Source of the DNA: Catajapyx aquilonaris
Taxonomy: Eukaryota
NCBI GenBank assembly: GCA_000934665.2
Contig: KZ538017.1
Location: forward strand, 62,001-126,000
Direction of reading: 5' to 3'
DNA length: 64,000 nucleotides
Shown here one piece after another: positions 61,844-64,000 of the stretch. Under the pieces are notes generated by a model. That model searched no databases, was not told where the DNA came from, and worked only from the letters and a program-made list of their open reading frames with translations. The translations under genes were made by a program, and so were the position numbers. Position 1 is the stretch's first letter. Every line of letters begins with the position of its first letter.

Positions 61844-62178
61844 CACATAATAGGCGCAAACTTCTGTCTGCGCCTTTGATGTCCGCGTCTCTCTGTTTGG
61901 GGCCGTTGCCAGGGTTGGCGGCCATTTTGAAGTGTGTGCAACGCCAACGAGGTATAAATAGAGTACAGGCAAAAATAGGGTCCGCCATCTTTGATGGTTT
62001 TGGCGGTCATGGCAACTACACGGCAAGAACACGCGCGAATCAAAGATGGCGGACCCTATTTTTGCCTGTACCCTATTTACACCTCGTTGGCGTTCCCCAC
62101 ACTTCCAAATGGCAGCCCCAAACAGAGAGACGCGGAAATCGAATGTTTGCGCCTCTTATATGTAGTGTAGGCTCCCTG
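61844..62178. mobile_element. Palindromic MITE, CAGGGAGC family, copy 3, 7-bp TSD, left TIR partly deleted
   Basis: TSD CCGCGGA at 61837-61843 and 62179-62185. The body matches 14419-14781; the right end is ...GCTCCCTG. Confidence 0.85.
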
Positions 62179-64000
62179 CCGCGGACATGTAACTTGATGC
62201 AACAAGATTCTGAGGTCTTTGCCGTCTTATCGTTGGTCTGGGTTGAAAAATGTTGGCCGATAACTGGGTGGCTAACCGCATCCTAACTTATCCTGGGCAT
62301 CAAGGGTTGGGAGAAAGTGTTTCCTGTCAAGGGCTTCGTGAGTTCGGTCTCTGCCATTACTCTCAGGGATTCATATAACACCCCCGAAAAACTCGTGCTT
62401 GCTTTCTCACGCCACACCAGGCCAACACTAATGTCTAATTGCAATGTTAAGTAGACCCCCAGATTTTTGCTCTTTGTTTTCCTAAGCATTGTTCCTGCTC
62501 CTATTTTCCCCAGTTAATTGTGTTTGCCCAACCGCCATTATATTCCCCAGAACTCTGAGATTTTCTCGGGAGTAAAACACTGGCAAAAGCTGGCTGGGGG
62601 GGCCTAATGTCAAGAGGGTTTCGGTGTATTCTCCTCAGGCCGCAGCTTTTCTTCTGCCAACTCCCCAACTTTTATAGACATCTTTTCTTTTTTTGGTGCG
62701 AATTTTCCTTCCAAAATGGCACTCAAACCCACAGAATCCTACAGGGCATCGTCCATACCAAAAGGACTGGGATTTCATCTTAAAAGTGTGCGCAGAAAGA
62801 TGCTACTTTTTTAAATATTAGCGATAAATATTAGCCACTATCGCACCGAGCAAGAGTCGTTGTCTGGATTTTTTTTTTTTTTCGAAGCAAAAGTCTGGGA
62901 GTTTCGGAGACACGGCGCTGACACCTTTAATTTGGCGAATGAATGACGTGCAAATACTCGTGCGTCGCTTGGAGACTTATCGCACTCTCGCAGTGCATCG
63001 CTAATTTTTGGCTCGCGAAAGCTTCCGATGTTTCCCCAGCCAGCCACAAGATTAATGGATGAATANTGTTGCTTGTCATAATTATTCCTGGCTCGCCGCA
63101 TTGTTGCGTTTTTGCGCACCGAGACGTTACTCTCATTGCACATTGGGGGCGAGAAACGTCACGTTTTCCAATAACCACGTCGAGCCTCCTCAAAATTTCT
63201 CTATAGTTTTCTACCCGATGGACCCCTGCACGTTGCAGTTGCCAATAAAACGAGGGGTACGTGTGGTTCCCTTCATCTGGCCACACTGTTTGACGTAGGG
63301 GCGCGAGTGCGGTCATTCCGCACGTACTGTACGTACAGGAAAGCGGCATGATTTAATTAGCGGCTAAGGGAGGGACAGGCAGCGGAATATCCAGCATCCA
63401 GGATGAAGCAAACAAAAGAAACCAAGCTTAATTAGTGGTGTTCATTAGCGTGGGTAGTTTAGAGTCACGCTCATTTAATCGCCACCCCCCCCAAAATCCT
63501 CCTGCATACAATGGACAATCCTCTCGTTTGGCACCACGTATTGGCCACATTTGTGTTTTCGGCGGTCACACACAGAGAAAAGCATTTCAGAGCTGATCTT
63601 ACTGTAATTAATCTGAAATGGAAAATAGGGAAACATCCCGTTCCTAATTAGCAAGCGAGCTATTCAGTCGTCCAATGAATGACAAAAATATGTGGGGGGA
63701 AAATCGAGTCTCATCCTGGAAGCCAGGCTGCCCGTTGCACGTGGGAGGCTGTTGGGTTGCTCTTCACAGCTAGGATAACATTCAATTATTAACATATCAA
63801 CCCACATTTTAATTAGCCCCGAATTCCAGAAAAATTCTTCAACTTTCTTGGGGGGGAATAATTATATGCTTCTTAAATGCTAAAGTCATGCGGAGGCCCC
63901 ATTTTTGAATGGCGTTTAACCTTGGCAGTGATTAGGGATGTTGACGCGAACTATAAGCGCAAAAAAAGCATGCAAATTTTTGCTGAAAGTTTTGATGGAG

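Noticed and set aside
61672..62286. 204-aa ORF and similar ORFs at 36-359, 14453-14875, 12873-13205 and 15832-16405
   Set aside because: Translations of palindromic MITEs; no transposase motifs.

Overview
Eukaryotic, arthropod-like genomic DNA with many short (about 55-100 nt) GT-AG introns, GC3-rich exons, and Ns that mostly sit in G/C homopolymers. I reconstructed five spliced genes by hand, checking splice phases: (1) an unrecognised 4-exon Lys/Glu-rich gene (2731-4065, -); (2) a chitin-binding R&R-type cuticle protein (5984-6794, -); (3) a 16-exon cyclic-nucleotide-gated channel beta subunit, CngB/TAX-2-like (10953-16386, -); (4,5) two trissin-receptor-like GPCRs in inverted tail-to-tail orientation (20925-26662, +; 29522-33145, -). 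I see no coding exon between about 33.3 kb and 64 kb. The window holds many non-autonomous elements: MITEs with 7-bp, 4-bp, TTAA and TA target duplications, a V-domain tRNA-SINE, Helitrons and a modular short repeat. The first main observation is the receptor pair: exons 2, 3 and 5 are (near-)identical at nucleotide level, while the long introns, N-terminus and third intracellular loop have diverged, which suggests exon-restricted gene conversion. The second is an exact 20-nt motif next to three 5' splice sites of the CNG gene in mutually complementary orientations, a candidate for competing pre-mRNA pairing. All comparisons were made by eye; no alignments or database searches were run.
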